A stretch of DNA of 64,000 nucleotides from an uncultured Desulfobacter sp. (GCA_963665095.1 OY762069.1:1696001-1760000); one strand, 5' to 3'. Positions 1 through 9,499 are shown, counted from the first letter of the stretch. Notes: generated by a model from the sequence alone, not told the origin. Numbers and translations are program-made.

Positions 1-723
1 ATTGGTGCGCATGATCACCCGGGAGTCTGTGGGCATGCCTTTTTCTTCGTGTCCCCAGTAACATAAATCCCAGTGTTGGATGGTATTATTCACCACCCCG
101 CCCTTCACGGCATGGCGCGGGGTATCAGCCCTGCCAAGGGTTCCGTCTGTGAGCAAAATGGCCGCAGCCCCGGAACCGCCGGTCATGGTGGCAACAGCCT
201 CCCGGTAGAAATCAATGCTTTTGTGCAGGTTAATCTCTGTGATGGTGGCATCCACGATCTGCCGGGCGGATTCACAGGAGGTGACAAGCCCTGCTTTAAT
301 GTGGCCAAGCTGAATCTCATTGGCCACGTGGACCATGCCGGTAATCATGCCAAGACAGGCAGATTTAACATCATATACATGGGCACCCGGCCCCACCCCG
401 ATCTTATCGGCCACAGCACAGGAGGTGGCGGGTTCATACCCGTCCTGACACACCCCGCAAAAGCACAGTGCACCAAGGTCTTTGGCACTGATACCCGCTT
501 CATCAAGTGCCCTTTGGCCGGCCACGGCCGCATGCTCTGCCAGGGTATGGTCCACATCCCAGTAGCGCCGTTCCCGAATCCCGGTCAGGGCCTCCAGCTG
601 GCCGGGCTTAAACCCCACGGTATCGAAAAACGGCTGCAGTTTTTCATCTATCTCCAGGCTGGTCACGATATTGGGTGCCAGCTCATAGCCAAAGGATTCA
701 ATAAATACCTTGTCGTATCTCAT
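1..723 (-). CDS. oleA: OleA-type thiolase/FabH-superfamily condensing enzyme (olefin biosynthesis), 5' part; runs off the window
   Basis: Translated by hand from ATG at 723, which overlaps the upstream stop (ATGA): MRYDKVFIESFGYELAPNIVTS...GQLEALTGIRERRYW...YEPATSCAVA...YDVKSACLGM...ATMTGGSGAAAILL. The frame is open to position 1. The EP(A/S)T, ACLG and GSGAAA motifs are typical of OleA. Confidence 0.85.
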   Translation of the reverse strand, partial: MRYDKVFIESFGYELAPNIVTSLEIDEKLQPFFDTVGFKPGQLEALTGIRERRYWDVDHTLAEHAAVAGQRALDEAGISAKDLGALCFCGVCQDGYEPATSCAVADKIGVGPGAHVYDVKSACLGMITGMVHVANEIQLGHIKAGLVTSCESARQIVDATITEINLHKSIDFYREAVATMTGGSGAAAILLTDGTLGRADTPRHAVKGGVVNNTIQHWDLCYWGHEEKGMPTDSRVIMRTN

Positions 724-3700
724 CTTTTTCTCCAATATTCCTCAAGACATTCACGGGATGCACCGGAAAGTTTCATCCCCATATCTTTGTACAATACAAT
801 CTCAAGGTCGTCGGAAAACATATGGGCATCGGCCGTCACAAAGGGAACCGGGTCAAAACCCATTGTCTTTATTTCAATATCATACCGGGCCTTTTGGGTG
901 TAACGCGTCACAGGTCCACGGCATTTCAGGTCACTTTCATTATCCGCCAGCACATCATAGTGGACGTCATCATCCGGCAGTATCCAGCCCATGCGCTGGA
1001 CAAACACCCGCAGGGTATGGGCGCAGCACTCGTACATCAAGGTGCCCGGCATCACCATGTCATCAATAAAATGGCAGGTTAAAAACCAGTCGTCCGGATG
1101 GATATCTGCTTCGGCCACAATACGCCCTAAGCCAAACCGGCCGCCTTCGGGATCAAGGTCCAGCACCCGGTGAATCAGTCGCATCCGTTCGCCGGGCAGC
1201 CACTGGTTCCGACCAGTGCGCTTTCCTTTAAAATCGGGTCCGAATGCTGTTTCAAGATCACCATTACGTAAGGCGTCCACCTGCTGATCTGTACAGGAAA
1301 TCCGTTTTACCGGGGCAATCCAAAGTGGGCGCTGCTCTGCAGGACTCTGTTCTTTGTCCTCTTTTTTGAGGATAATGCCGCCGGAATTTTCAACTTCCGC
1401 TTCGGTGAAAAATCCTGCACATCCGTCTCGCATGGATATAAAAGGCAGCTGGTCGATATAGCCTTTATAGTGAAAAAAAAACAGATAAATCTCGCCCTGC
1501 CGTAAAAACCGGTCTATCTCAATGTGATATTCGATTGTTTCCCCGGGATCGGGCAGGGTGCGGTGAAAGGTCACCCTGGCATCCAGAAGTCTGTATTTTC
1601 GTTTTCCCTTGACCACATGGTCGATGCCTAGCCAGGAACACAGAAACAGATCGGCCTGGCCCGCCTCGATGGAGATGGACACAGGGGTTTTCCCGCCATC
1701 CAGGTACCATGCATTTTCATGCACATCGTGCTGGGTAACTACTTTGCCCCGGGTTAAAGAAAGCTTTTCTCCTTCCACTGAGATGATCCGGTCCACCAGC
1801 ATCAGGGGATCATCCGGCAGCCGGACCCGGACCGGATAGGTGTCAATGATTTTAAAATCGTCACCCAGGACATTGCCGGCCTTTCCCACGGCAAATTCAC
1901 GGCACTGATCGCGGTCCATGAACACCCTGGGTGCTTCAACCGGCATTACATCCTGTGCAGGCGCTTTGGAGATCACAGGGTCCGGTTGAAAGGGCGCCAT
2001 GCCATGGCCGGTCAGAGGCCCTGCATTGGCAATGGCTGCAAGCTGTTCGGCCATGGCCCGGGTATTCCGGCTTGAAAAGGTTAAAAACTGTTCATGGGCT
2101 CTTGCTGTGGCCGCCTGGGTTTCAACAAACAGGGCAGTAACGCTGTCGGAAATCACCTGAGAAGGTATTTCAGGAGGGTCAGCCAGCGACATGAGGGTTA
2201 CGTCGTCCGAACCGACCTGGATACTATTATTTGTATCTGTAATTTTTCGGGCATATAGTAACGACTCTGGAATCACAGGCCGGGTCACAGGAATCCGGAC
2301 CACTGTCCCCGAATCTTTATTCGTGGCATTTTTTTGCAGGTTGGAAGATAGGTGCGACCCCAAAGACTCTTTTCCTGTTTTGCGACCACTTGTTTCAGGG
2401 CAGGCTGTCAGAACAGCATGGGCCGCAGCCCCGTCCCGGGTCAGGCACCCGGCCATCACGGTTTGCGGGGCATCGGCGCTTTGGGACAAAGGGCAGGGAT
2501 TGTACCCGGTGTAAAGGCAAAGTGCCGCTGTTGCAAGGGTAAAAAGCCCTGCCGAAGCGCCGGTGTGACCGATGAGCGAGGCAGGACAAAATACCGGCAC
2601 CGATGGATCTTCAGAACCGGTGTGCCCGAATCCGGCCAGTTCTCCGGCACCCAGGAAATGGGAACGGCTGTGGGTCACCGCACCGAAGCTGATGTCAGAG
2701 AAATGAACCCCTGCGCTTTCAAGTGCCTGCTGCAGGGAACGCTTTACGGCATCTGCTGCGGGCCTGAGCTGCCGTCCGTTGTCTTCGCTTGCCAGGGGGG
2801 CACCCCCGGCCCGCCCTGCCCCGTTGACCACGGCATAAATCCGGTCCTGATCCCGCAGCGCTGCATCCAGCGGTTTCAGCACCAGGGCGGCCGCCCCTTC
2901 TGACGGCAGCGTCCCTGGATCCAGGCCGGACAGGGCCATATTCCGGGTAAAGCTGCGAATATCCCCGGCAAGGTCCACGGCCGCGCATAAAAAGAGGTCT
3001 GTCTCCCGGGCAGACAATGATTTAATGGCCACATCAACAGCAGCAAAGCCGGATGCCGCATCCGCAGACAGGGTAAAACAAGGACCGCCAAGTTTAAAAG
3101 CCCGGGCCAGACGTGAGGCCACAATACCGCCAAGCGCGCCCAGGGTGGTGTCAAAATCCAGGGCCGGCCCTATTTGCTCTAAAAGCTCGGCCGGAACACT
3201 TTGTTTATGATTTTTGATCTGCCATCGCAAATGATGGTCTGTAGCCCCAAAATCAAATTCAATGCCCACAGCACAGCCCATGTTTTCCCTGCAGGGGTCC
3301 AAAGCGGTCGGTTTGGGCGAAATCCCTGCATCTTCAAGAGCAGTCCGGGCAGCATTGAGCATGACCAGGTGCTGGGGCAGAATCCGGGAAAGCTGGTTGG
3401 GCGGAATATTAAAATTTTTGAGATCAATGCCAACATCCTCCATGAACAAGCTTTGGGCATTGAGTAGTTCCGGAGGCAGATGATCCGCTCTTCGCCAGCG
3501 GGAATGACCCGGTCGGGATTCAAGCTTTTTTTGTTCCTGCAGCAGGTCTGCAAAATCGGCAAGCGTATCACCCGCACCGGAGACCATTCCCATGCCCACA
3601 ATGGCACAGGGGATGGTGGGCGCAATCCTAACGGGCGCGGCCGACACCGGGTAGCGGCAGGCGTCAGGTACAAAACCTTCCACCAAAAGATGGGCATTGA

Positions 3701-5048
3701 TGCCGCCAAATCCAAAAGCAGAGACAGCGGCCCGCCTAAGCCCGTTATTCTCTCCGGGCCTCCAGGGTTCCGGCGTCTCCTGAACGTGGACACCTGTACC
3801 GTTTAGCGGACTGTCATCAGGCAGGCAGGAAAAATTCAGGGACGGCGGCAGCATTTCGTCTTCCATGGCCATGATGGTCTTGATAAATCCGGCAGCCCCT
3901 GCGGCTGTCAACAGATGACCAATATTGGATTTTACCGACCCTATGGAAAAACCAGCCCCTTTGCAATGGTGTCTCTCCAGCATATTGCAGATGGTCTGTG
4001 CCTCCACCTGGTCGCCTTTGGGGGTACCGGACCCATGGCACTCCATATACTGGATATCCCCCACAGACCAGCCCGCCATTTTATAGGCCGCAGACATGGC
4101 TCTGATTTGGCCGTCGCTGGCCGGGGCCACCAGGTTCCCCTCAATATCATTGCTCACGCCCCACCCCTTGATCACGGCGCGGATGGTATCTCCGGCAGCC
4201 AGGGCATCGTCCAGGCGTTTGAGCAGAACAAGCCCTGCCCCCTCTCCCACCACCAGGCCGTCGGCATCCCGGTCAAAGGGAGCGCACCGCCCCGATGAGG
4301 ACAATGCCTGCAACTGAGTAAAACCCACCTGGGTATATAAGGATTGGGGCCGGGATACCCCGCCTGCCACCATGGCGTCCGAGCGGCCGAGCTGCAGTTG
4401 TTCGCAGGCAAGCTTAATGGAAAACAGAGAGGATGCACAGGCCGCGTCCAAAGTAAAACTGCCTCCTTCAAGTCCCCATACCCGTGCGGCAAGCGCAGCA
4501 GGAAAAGAGAGCATGCTCGCCCCGAAGGCCTTGGGTCCTGTGAGCATCATAGGGTTGGCGTCCAGGAAAAGATGCCGGGTAAGATCCGTTGCACCCGGCG
4601 TGGGAAGTGCAATGGCCGCAAGGATTACACCGGTGCGCCGCCGCACCTCCCGGGAAAGCCGGGCATTGGCCATAAGCCGTCCCCCGGCTTTAAGAACCAG
4701 GTGATGAACCGGATCAAGGTCAACGAAAAAATCGTTATCCAGACCATGCCCGGGGAATTCTGGTTTTATAGGATGTGCATCAGATAAAAAAGGGGTTAAA
4801 GGGTCAAACAAGGCCGTAGTAATCAAACCGGCAAAGGGGCTGCGTGCCAGATCCGGCCCCGGGGTACCCGAACCTTGATCCACCATCATCTCCCGGCATC
4901 CGCCCCAGCGGTCATCCGGCACCTGGATCACGGCACTTTTTTTCGCCATGACATTGGCACTGAACTGCTCAACATTCCCGGCACCCGGAAAGATGCCGGA
5001 CATCCCCACAACTGCTATATCAACGGGTTTTAAGCTCATGGAGCCCAT
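720..5048 (-). CDS. PfaC/PfaBC-like iterative PUFA synthase subunit (KS - chain length factor - tandem FabA-like dehydratases)
   Basis: KS with DAACASS, ECHGSGT and NIGHLL; second KS-like domain lacking the Cys (SADAASG), i.e. CLF; C-terminal hot-dog DH motifs (DPLMLVDRI, WFLTCHFIDDMVMPGTL). No GxSxG AT motif seen. Confidence 0.85.
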   Translation of the reverse strand: MGSMSLKPVDIAVVGMSGIFPGAGNVEQFSANVMAKKSAVIQVPDDRWGGCREMMVDQGSGTPGPDLARSPFAGLITTALFDPLTPFLSDAHPIKPEFPGHGLDNDFFVDLDPVHHLVLKAGGRLMANARLSREVRRRTGVILAAIALPTPGATDLTRHLFLDANPMMLTGPKAFGASMLSFPAALAARVWGLEGGSFTLDAACASSLFSIKLACEQLQLGRSDAMVAGGVSRPQSLYTQVGFTQLQALSSSGRCAPFDRDADGLVVGEGAGLVLLKRLDDALAAGDTIRAVIKGWGVSNDIEGNLVAPASDGQIRAMSAAYKMAGWSVGDIQYMECHGSGTPKGDQVEAQTICNMLERHHCKGAGFSIGSVKSNIGHLLTAAGAAGFIKTIMAMEDEMLPPSLNFSCLPDDSPLNGTGVHVQETPEPWRPGENNGLRRAAVSAFGFGGINAHLLVEGFVPDACRYPVSAAPVRIAPTIPCAIVGMGMVSGAGDTLADFADLLQEQKKLESRPGHSRWRRADHLPPELLNAQSLFMEDVGIDLKNFNIPPNQLSRILPQHLVMLNAARTALEDAGISPKPTALDPCRENMGCAVGIEFDFGATDHHLRWQIKNHKQSVPAELLEQIGPALDFDTTLGALGGIVASRLARAFKLGGPCFTLSADAASGFAAVDVAIKSLSARETDLFLCAAVDLAGDIRSFTRNMALSGLDPGTLPSEGAAALVLKPLDAALRDQDRIYAVVNGAGRAGGAPLASEDNGRQLRPAADAVKRSLQQALESAGVHFSDISFGAVTHSRSHFLGAGELAGFGHTGSEDPSVPVFCPASLIGHTGASAGLFTLATAALCLYTGYNPCPLSQSADAPQTVMAGCLTRDGAAAHAVLTACPETSGRKTGKESLGSHLSSNLQKNATNKDSGTVVRIPVTRPVIPESLLYARKITDTNNSIQVGSDDVTLMSLADPPEIPSQVISDSVTALFVETQAATARAHEQFLTFSSRNTRAMAEQLAAIANAGPLTGHGMAPFQPDPVISKAPAQDVMPVEAPRVFMDRDQCREFAVGKAGNVLGDDFKIIDTYPVRVRLPDDPLMLVDRIISVEGEKLSLTRGKVVTQHDVHENAWYLDGGKTPVSISIEAGQADLFLCSWLGIDHVVKGKRKYRLLDARVTFHRTLPDPGETIEYHIEIDRFLRQGEIYLFFFHYKGYIDQLPFISMRDGCAGFFTEAEVENSGGIILKKEDKEQSPAEQRPLWIAPVKRISCTDQQVDALRNGDLETAFGPDFKGKRTGRNQWLPGERMRLIHRVLDLDPEGGRFGLGRIVAEADIHPDDWFLTCHFIDDMVMPGTLMYECCAHTLRVFVQRMGWILPDDDVHYDVLADNESDLKCRGPVTRYTQKARYDIEIKTMGFDPVPFVTADAHMFSDDLEIVLYKDMGMKLSGASRECLEEYWRKR

Positions 5049-5105
5049 ATAGATGAGTCAGTAAAAGATTGCAACACCGGTATGTAAAACTTGTGTAAAA
5101 CGGTT

Positions 5106-5816
5106 TTATTTCAATACCAGCACCAGGCCCTGGACCACGGCCCGAACCAGAAGGAATCCTGTGAACAGGCAAAGCCCGGTACAGATTATCGTGTCCGGAA
5201 GGCTTGATTTTCTCCGGCGTTCATGCCCGAAAAAAAAGGCAAGCAGATAACCGGCCGCGAACCCGCCCCCATGGCCCCAGTTATTGATATTGGGCAGGAT
5301 CAGCCCGATGAGAATGAGGCTGAATATCCACGACTTGGTCTGTTTAAATACCATGCGTCCCCACATATCCCCCTGGGAGCGGCCAAAATAGAACAATGCA
5401 CCAATGAGGCCGCACAGCCCGGCAGAGGCGCCAATGGTCAAGGGCACCCCCCCCAGACAGGAGAGGTAAAAACCGCCGGCACCGGACAAGATATAGATGG
5501 ACAACATCCGGCTGGTGCCGAACTCTTTTTCCGTTAGTGGTGCAAGGGTGCGCAGCGCCATCATATTAAACAGAATATGAAGCAGACTGCCGTGAAGCCA
5601 GTTGGCCGTAAAAATACTTGTCCAGTCATGGAACCGGGCCAGAGGAATGGTGCCGGACGCCCCAAGAAAAATCAGGGCATTGCTGGAGGGTGCCAGGGCA
5701 TTAAAGGGATTTATTGTAAAATGAACTCCCCGTGAAAGGAGCAAAGAGACCACATACAGGATCACATTGATCCAGATAAGCGTGTTCACCACCTGTCTGC
5801 TGCGAATATTTATCAT
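5106..5816 (-). CDS. Rhomboid family intramembrane serine protease
   Basis: HGSLLHILFNM, GASAG (catalytic Ser) and WGHGGG (catalytic His); hydrophobic helices. Confidence 0.9.
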   Translation of the reverse strand: MINIRSRQVVNTLIWINVILYVVSLLLSRGVHFTINPFNALAPSSNALIFLGASGTIPLARFHDWTSIFTANWLHGSLLHILFNMMALRTLAPLTEKEFGTSRMLSIYILSGAGGFYLSCLGGVPLTIGASAGLCGLIGALFYFGRSQGDMWGRMVFKQTKSWIFSLILIGLILPNINNWGHGGGFAAGYLLAFFFGHERRRKSSLPDTIICTGLCLFTGFLLVRAVVQGLVLVLK

Positions 5817-5837
5817 ACGGTAACTTATATTGGGAAC

Positions 5838-6407
5838 TTAATGAATAGTGACGTCTTTAATCGTTACGGCTGCCAGGTACTCTTTGACGGCGCCAAGTGT
5901 CAAAGCAAACATCTTGGTACCGCACAGAATCACCAAAGGGTCCTCCGCTGCATTGCAGGCCCTTGCAAATACAGGTCCCATTACGGCTGTGGGATCGGCA
6001 TCAGCGGCTGCGTTTTCCTGCATCTGCTGCACAAAGGTATCCAGCCGCTCCTTGAGGATGGCAAAATAATCAATCCGGGTGCCTGTGGTCGTTTCAGTCA
6101 GGGTGGAGACATTATTGGAAATCTGGCGGATCTGCTCCCAGAAGGTCTGGGTCAAAGGGGCCTTGTTCGGGTCTGTGGCCGCCATAAAAAAGGCAAGCCC
6201 CCATCCCACGCTTAAAATTTTAAGAATCGCCAGTTCATACTCAAGACGGGTCAGATCAATGGTGTGATCTTTTGGAAGCGAGGCCATCAGAGTTTTAAGA
6301 TCGGCCCTGTCAATGGCAAAGGCTGCCAGGTTTTCAGCAATCTGCTCAATGGTCAGCGTTCCTGCAGGGTTTCCTTCGGATGCCGGTTGTCCCTTATCTG
6401 CATTCAT
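5838..6407 (-). CDS. Hypothetical helical protein
   Basis: 189-aa ORF, co-oriented with the rhomboid gene, normal composition, no recognised motif. Confidence 0.7.
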   Translation of the reverse strand: MNADKGQPASEGNPAGTLTIEQIAENLAAFAIDRADLKTLMASLPKDHTIDLTRLEYELAILKILSVGWGLAFFMAATDPNKAPLTQTFWEQIRQISNNVSTLTETTTGTRIDYFAILKERLDTFVQQMQENAAADADPTAVMGPVFARACNAAEDPLVILCGTKMFALTLGAVKEYLAAVTIKDVTIH

Positions 6408-6521
6408 CTGTGTTTAATTTACCTTTACGCCCTATGGAAATACAGTTATTTTTAATCTTCAAATATCAAAATAACAATCCCCGGGACACGTGTAAACCCC
6501 AATGAAATAAATCAGCAACTG

Positions 6522-6800
6522 TTGAATCAAAGGATTAGAATGCGATATCACATGACAGGATTGTCGGAGCAGGACACCAGTAATTATATTATGTCACGAC
6601 TTAAATGGGCCGGCTGTTCAATTCCTATATTTAAAGAGGATGCTTTAGCGGCCATCCGGGAATACTTATACGATTTTCCAAGGCTGATCGGGAATATCTG
6701 CGAAGAGGCCCTGACCTATGCCATGTTCTGTGAGCGGAAAACAGTGGATGCGGACATGATACTAAAAATTAAGATGACAGACGATATGACTACAAATCAA
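6522..6800 (+). pseudogene. C-terminal fragment of an ExeA-like AAA ATPase (transposon helper type)
   Basis: NQRIRMRYHMTGLSEQDTSNYI..RLKWAG...IF..DAL......PRLIGNICEEAL resembles the ExeA/AAA_22 lid region; no Walker A/B present. Confidence 0.65.
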
Positions 6801-6837
6801 AATTATTGGCTCAACCGAAAACAGCATAAAATTCAAG

Positions 6838-7035
6838 TCAACACCTGTGGTAACGGTCAATGGGACGTTCGTCTATGCCGGTATGCAGTTTATGGTGATA
6901 ATCGTCATGCAGCCACAGGTCAAGGGCTGCATTGAGTTCTTCCAGTGTCAGTTTTTCGGTAAGGGATGACAAAAACCGGTCCCGGACCGTACGAAAGACC
7001 CTCTCAATTTTCCCTCGGGAAGGTGAATCATAGGT
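6838..7035 (-). pseudogene. Fragment of a DDE (IS481/Mu-like integrase core) transposase
   Basis: YDSPSRGKIERVFRTVRDRFL...LEELNAALDLWLHDDYHHKLHTGIDERPIDRY is the GKIERxFRT / YxxxxH segment of rve-type transposases; truncated on both sides. Confidence 0.8.
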
Positions 7036-7411
7036 TTTTCGCCGGCGTCTCACTTACCACTGAGGTTGGTGCCTTTTCAGCAAACTTTAAACCCTTATAT
7101 AGGATAAATCCAACACATTTCTTAAAAGCGCTCAAACTGAGCTGATAGAAATAAATGTCGCCTTTTCCGGGGGGGTCACCAGAGGCGGGAGTATAATATA
7201 TTAAATTTACTGGTGGCGTTTCCGGGCTGACACAATATATGGTGGCCGGGGATTTTTTGAAAAAGTGTTCAATCATACCGGTACATTACAAAATGATTGA
7301 TGGCGTGAATTTGTAAGAGAATTTCATTCAATCTCACACAGAGTCACGACTCAATCATTTTGAGGTAATAGTTTCGCTTTTCCTCTGAATTTTTAATTTT
7401 TGAATTCAAAC

Positions 7412-7509
7412 AGTGAAGCTCCTCATAAACAAAAATTACCATCCATAAATGGTGATATTCTTAAGATCAATCTGCAATAAAGCAGTTGAATGTTATAAGG
7501 AGCTTCACT
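7412..7509 (+). promoter_or_regulatory. Leader hairpin occluding the recombinase ribosome-binding site
   Basis: Perfect 12-bp inverted repeat AGTGAAGCTCCT (7412-7423) / AGGAGCTTCACT (7498-7509). The right arm contains AGGAG and abuts ATG 7510. Confidence 0.6.
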
Positions 7510-8958
7510 ATGAAAAAAAGAAACATTTTTCAAAATCAAAGTCAAGAAATCCTTACTCTTTTTGAAATGGCAAAAGACAGGTCCAAGGTCATGTGCATCC
7601 CTATGGATTATGCCAAAAAAGATCATGTGGCCATGTTTTGCAATGGGAATGGAAAAATCCTTCGAAAGCCCTTTTCCATAAAAAACACACCTGAAGGAGT
7701 GGAATATTTAATTGATCAAGTCACAAAATCTTGTCACCATCATGGGATTGATATTAAAAACACTCTTTTCGGCGGGGAGGATTGCGGGACATATGCGAAT
7801 AATTTCATTGAAGCTCTACGTTCGGAAAATTGGCTGGTGGCAGGGGTAAATGCACTTGATGCCAAAAGACACCGGGAAAATATTCAAGCGAGCACGGACC
7901 GGTTAGATCTATTGGGTATCAGTAAAATGCTTCTTAACTGTAGTGGGAATTGTTCTCCGGCTCAATCCGGAATTTATTGGAATTTGAGAACGCTTTGTCG
8001 AGAAAGACAGAAATTGGTGGTCACGAAAAGCGGTGTGAAAAACAGGGTTCACACCATTGTAGATCAGATTTTCCCGGGCTTTTTAAATGAAGCCAAAAGT
8101 GGAATTCCTCCATTTTCACCGGCATCATTAATATTGATGGAAGACCGATTCAGTGTGCATCAGATCCGGCGCCGAAGGCCAGCCGCATTAGTGAAAAACC
8201 TTGCTAAACAAGGTTTACCGAATCCAGAGATCCGTGCAGAAAAACTTCAACGTTATGCCTCCCAGGTCCTCAGACCCCAAAAAGATCATATTGTTACATT
8301 GCAGATGTCATTAAAACAGCAAGTCAGATTAATTCTATGCCTCCAAGAAAGCACTGACCAATTAGAACGAGATATCGCGGCACATTCAGCGCAGACCCCA
8401 GGCGCATTCTTAACCACCATTCGAGGAATAGGTTTAATTTTAGCTGCCGGTGTAAGTGCTGAAATTGGAGATCCCGATAAGCAGAAATCTTTGACCAATC
8501 TGGTGTCTTATGCCGGCATAATTCCGCAAATAAAACAGACCGGAGGGGAACAAGGGAAAACTCAAGTGATTAGAGTCGGTAAGCGGTGTAATCGTATTTT
8601 AAAAAATTATGTCGTCCAGTCCGGCTTGCATATGGGGATTCATGGCCCCGACGAATTAATTGCCGACTATAAACGAAGAGAAGCCCGGGATCAGCATGCT
8701 GATTTCGGCATGGCAAGAAGATTTCTGAGAATGGCAATGTGTTTGATGCGGACCCACCAAGCTTATTTGCCAAAGCGCTTAAGAAGCCAACAGTGCCCGA
8801 TGGAAGAACGAGGCCGTTATTACCAAGAGGCTTGGCCGTTACTCATGGATAAATGGAGAAGGGTCAAGAAGTTAGATATTGCCTTCGATAAAAAAATGCC
8901 CTTGGGGCAATGGCGCAACATGATACAGGAGCTTTATGACATACAATTAAGGTTGTAG
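7510..8958 (+). CDS. IS110-family DEDD transposase/recombinase, long variant
   Basis: RuvC-like DEDD residues (PMDYAK, GGEDCG, STDRLD), coiled-coil segment, Tnp domain TIRGIG...AEIGD...SYAGIIP..KQTGG. AGGAG precedes ATG 7510. Confidence 0.92.
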   Translation: MKKRNIFQNQSQEILTLFEMAKDRSKVMCIPMDYAKKDHVAMFCNGNGKILRKPFSIKNTPEGVEYLIDQVTKSCHHHGIDIKNTLFGGEDCGTYANNFIEALRSENWLVAGVNALDAKRHRENIQASTDRLDLLGISKMLLNCSGNCSPAQSGIYWNLRTLCRERQKLVVTKSGVKNRVHTIVDQIFPGFLNEAKSGIPPFSPASLILMEDRFSVHQIRRRRPAALVKNLAKQGLPNPEIRAEKLQRYASQVLRPQKDHIVTLQMSLKQQVRLILCLQESTDQLERDIAAHSAQTPGAFLTTIRGIGLILAAGVSAEIGDPDKQKSLTNLVSYAGIIPQIKQTGGEQGKTQVIRVGKRCNRILKNYVVQSGLHMGIHGPDELIADYKRREARDQHADFGMARRFLRMAMCLMRTHQAYLPKRLRSQQCPMEERGRYYQEAWPLLMDKWRRVKKLDIAFDKKMPLGQWRNMIQELYDIQLRL

Positions 8959-9009
8959 ATAAAACATAAGCTTGATTTGTTGTCTCATATCAAAATTTTA
9001 ACGATTTTT

Positions 9010-9186
9010 GCGGACGGGATGGCTTCGTTGATACTGTCGCATTGGCTCAGACTAACGAGTCTCATTGACGGCTACTAATAGAATGTCCACCATGTCCGCT
9101 CCAATACTTTCATTATGGCTCAAAGGTGCTCTGATCCTCGGAAATTATGCCGAGAGATCTTGTTATACCAGTATGCCAAATTTTGG
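9010..9186 (+). ncRNA. Predicted bridge RNA/seekRNA (target-binding loop ~9010-9099, donor-binding loop ~9101-9186)
   Basis: Two stem/internal-loop/hairpin units of parallel design. GGTGCTCT (9125-9132) is identical to 9345-9352, and ACTAATAG (9074-9081) is the reverse complement of 9351-9358. Confidence 0.75.
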
Positions 9187-9499
9187 ATTTGTAGGGCATG
9201 GTCTTCCACCAGTAACGCAAATTATTTAAAATCGATGACTTTGGGATACAATTGATCTTATTGTGTATCATTAAAAAACCGATCATATCGGACAGGGATG
9301 GTACGTCTCAAAAAAATATTGAAAATATTCCTTGTTTTCTCTCTGGTGCTCTATTAGTGCTTGGTCAACTATGTGACAAATTGAAGAAAAAAATTGCAAG
9401 CATTTTCAGATGATGTTAATGACTTTATCATTATTAGTTTGAATATTAATACAATTCTGACTATGCTTACTTTTTACACCTACCAGAGACAACCATAAT

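Larger units (their letters stand above)
7278..9352 (+). mobile_element. IS110-family element; right end at CT core 9351-9352, left end tentative (~7278)
   Basis: Contains the IS110 recombinase and a downstream structured non-coding region. The right junction is defined by exact guide matches; the left junction matches only imperfectly. Confidence 0.7.

Noticed and set aside
73..903. 276-aa plus-strand ORF
   Set aside because: Antisense shadow of oleA/pfaC, which carry the recognisable motifs.
6471..6477. ATAACAA as IS110 left end (complement of 9160-9166)
   Set aside because: Lacks the adjoining CT-GGT core context; likely chance in AT-rich DNA.
7028..7276. 82-aa minus-strand ORF
   Set aside because: No recognisable motif; lies in mobile-element debris.
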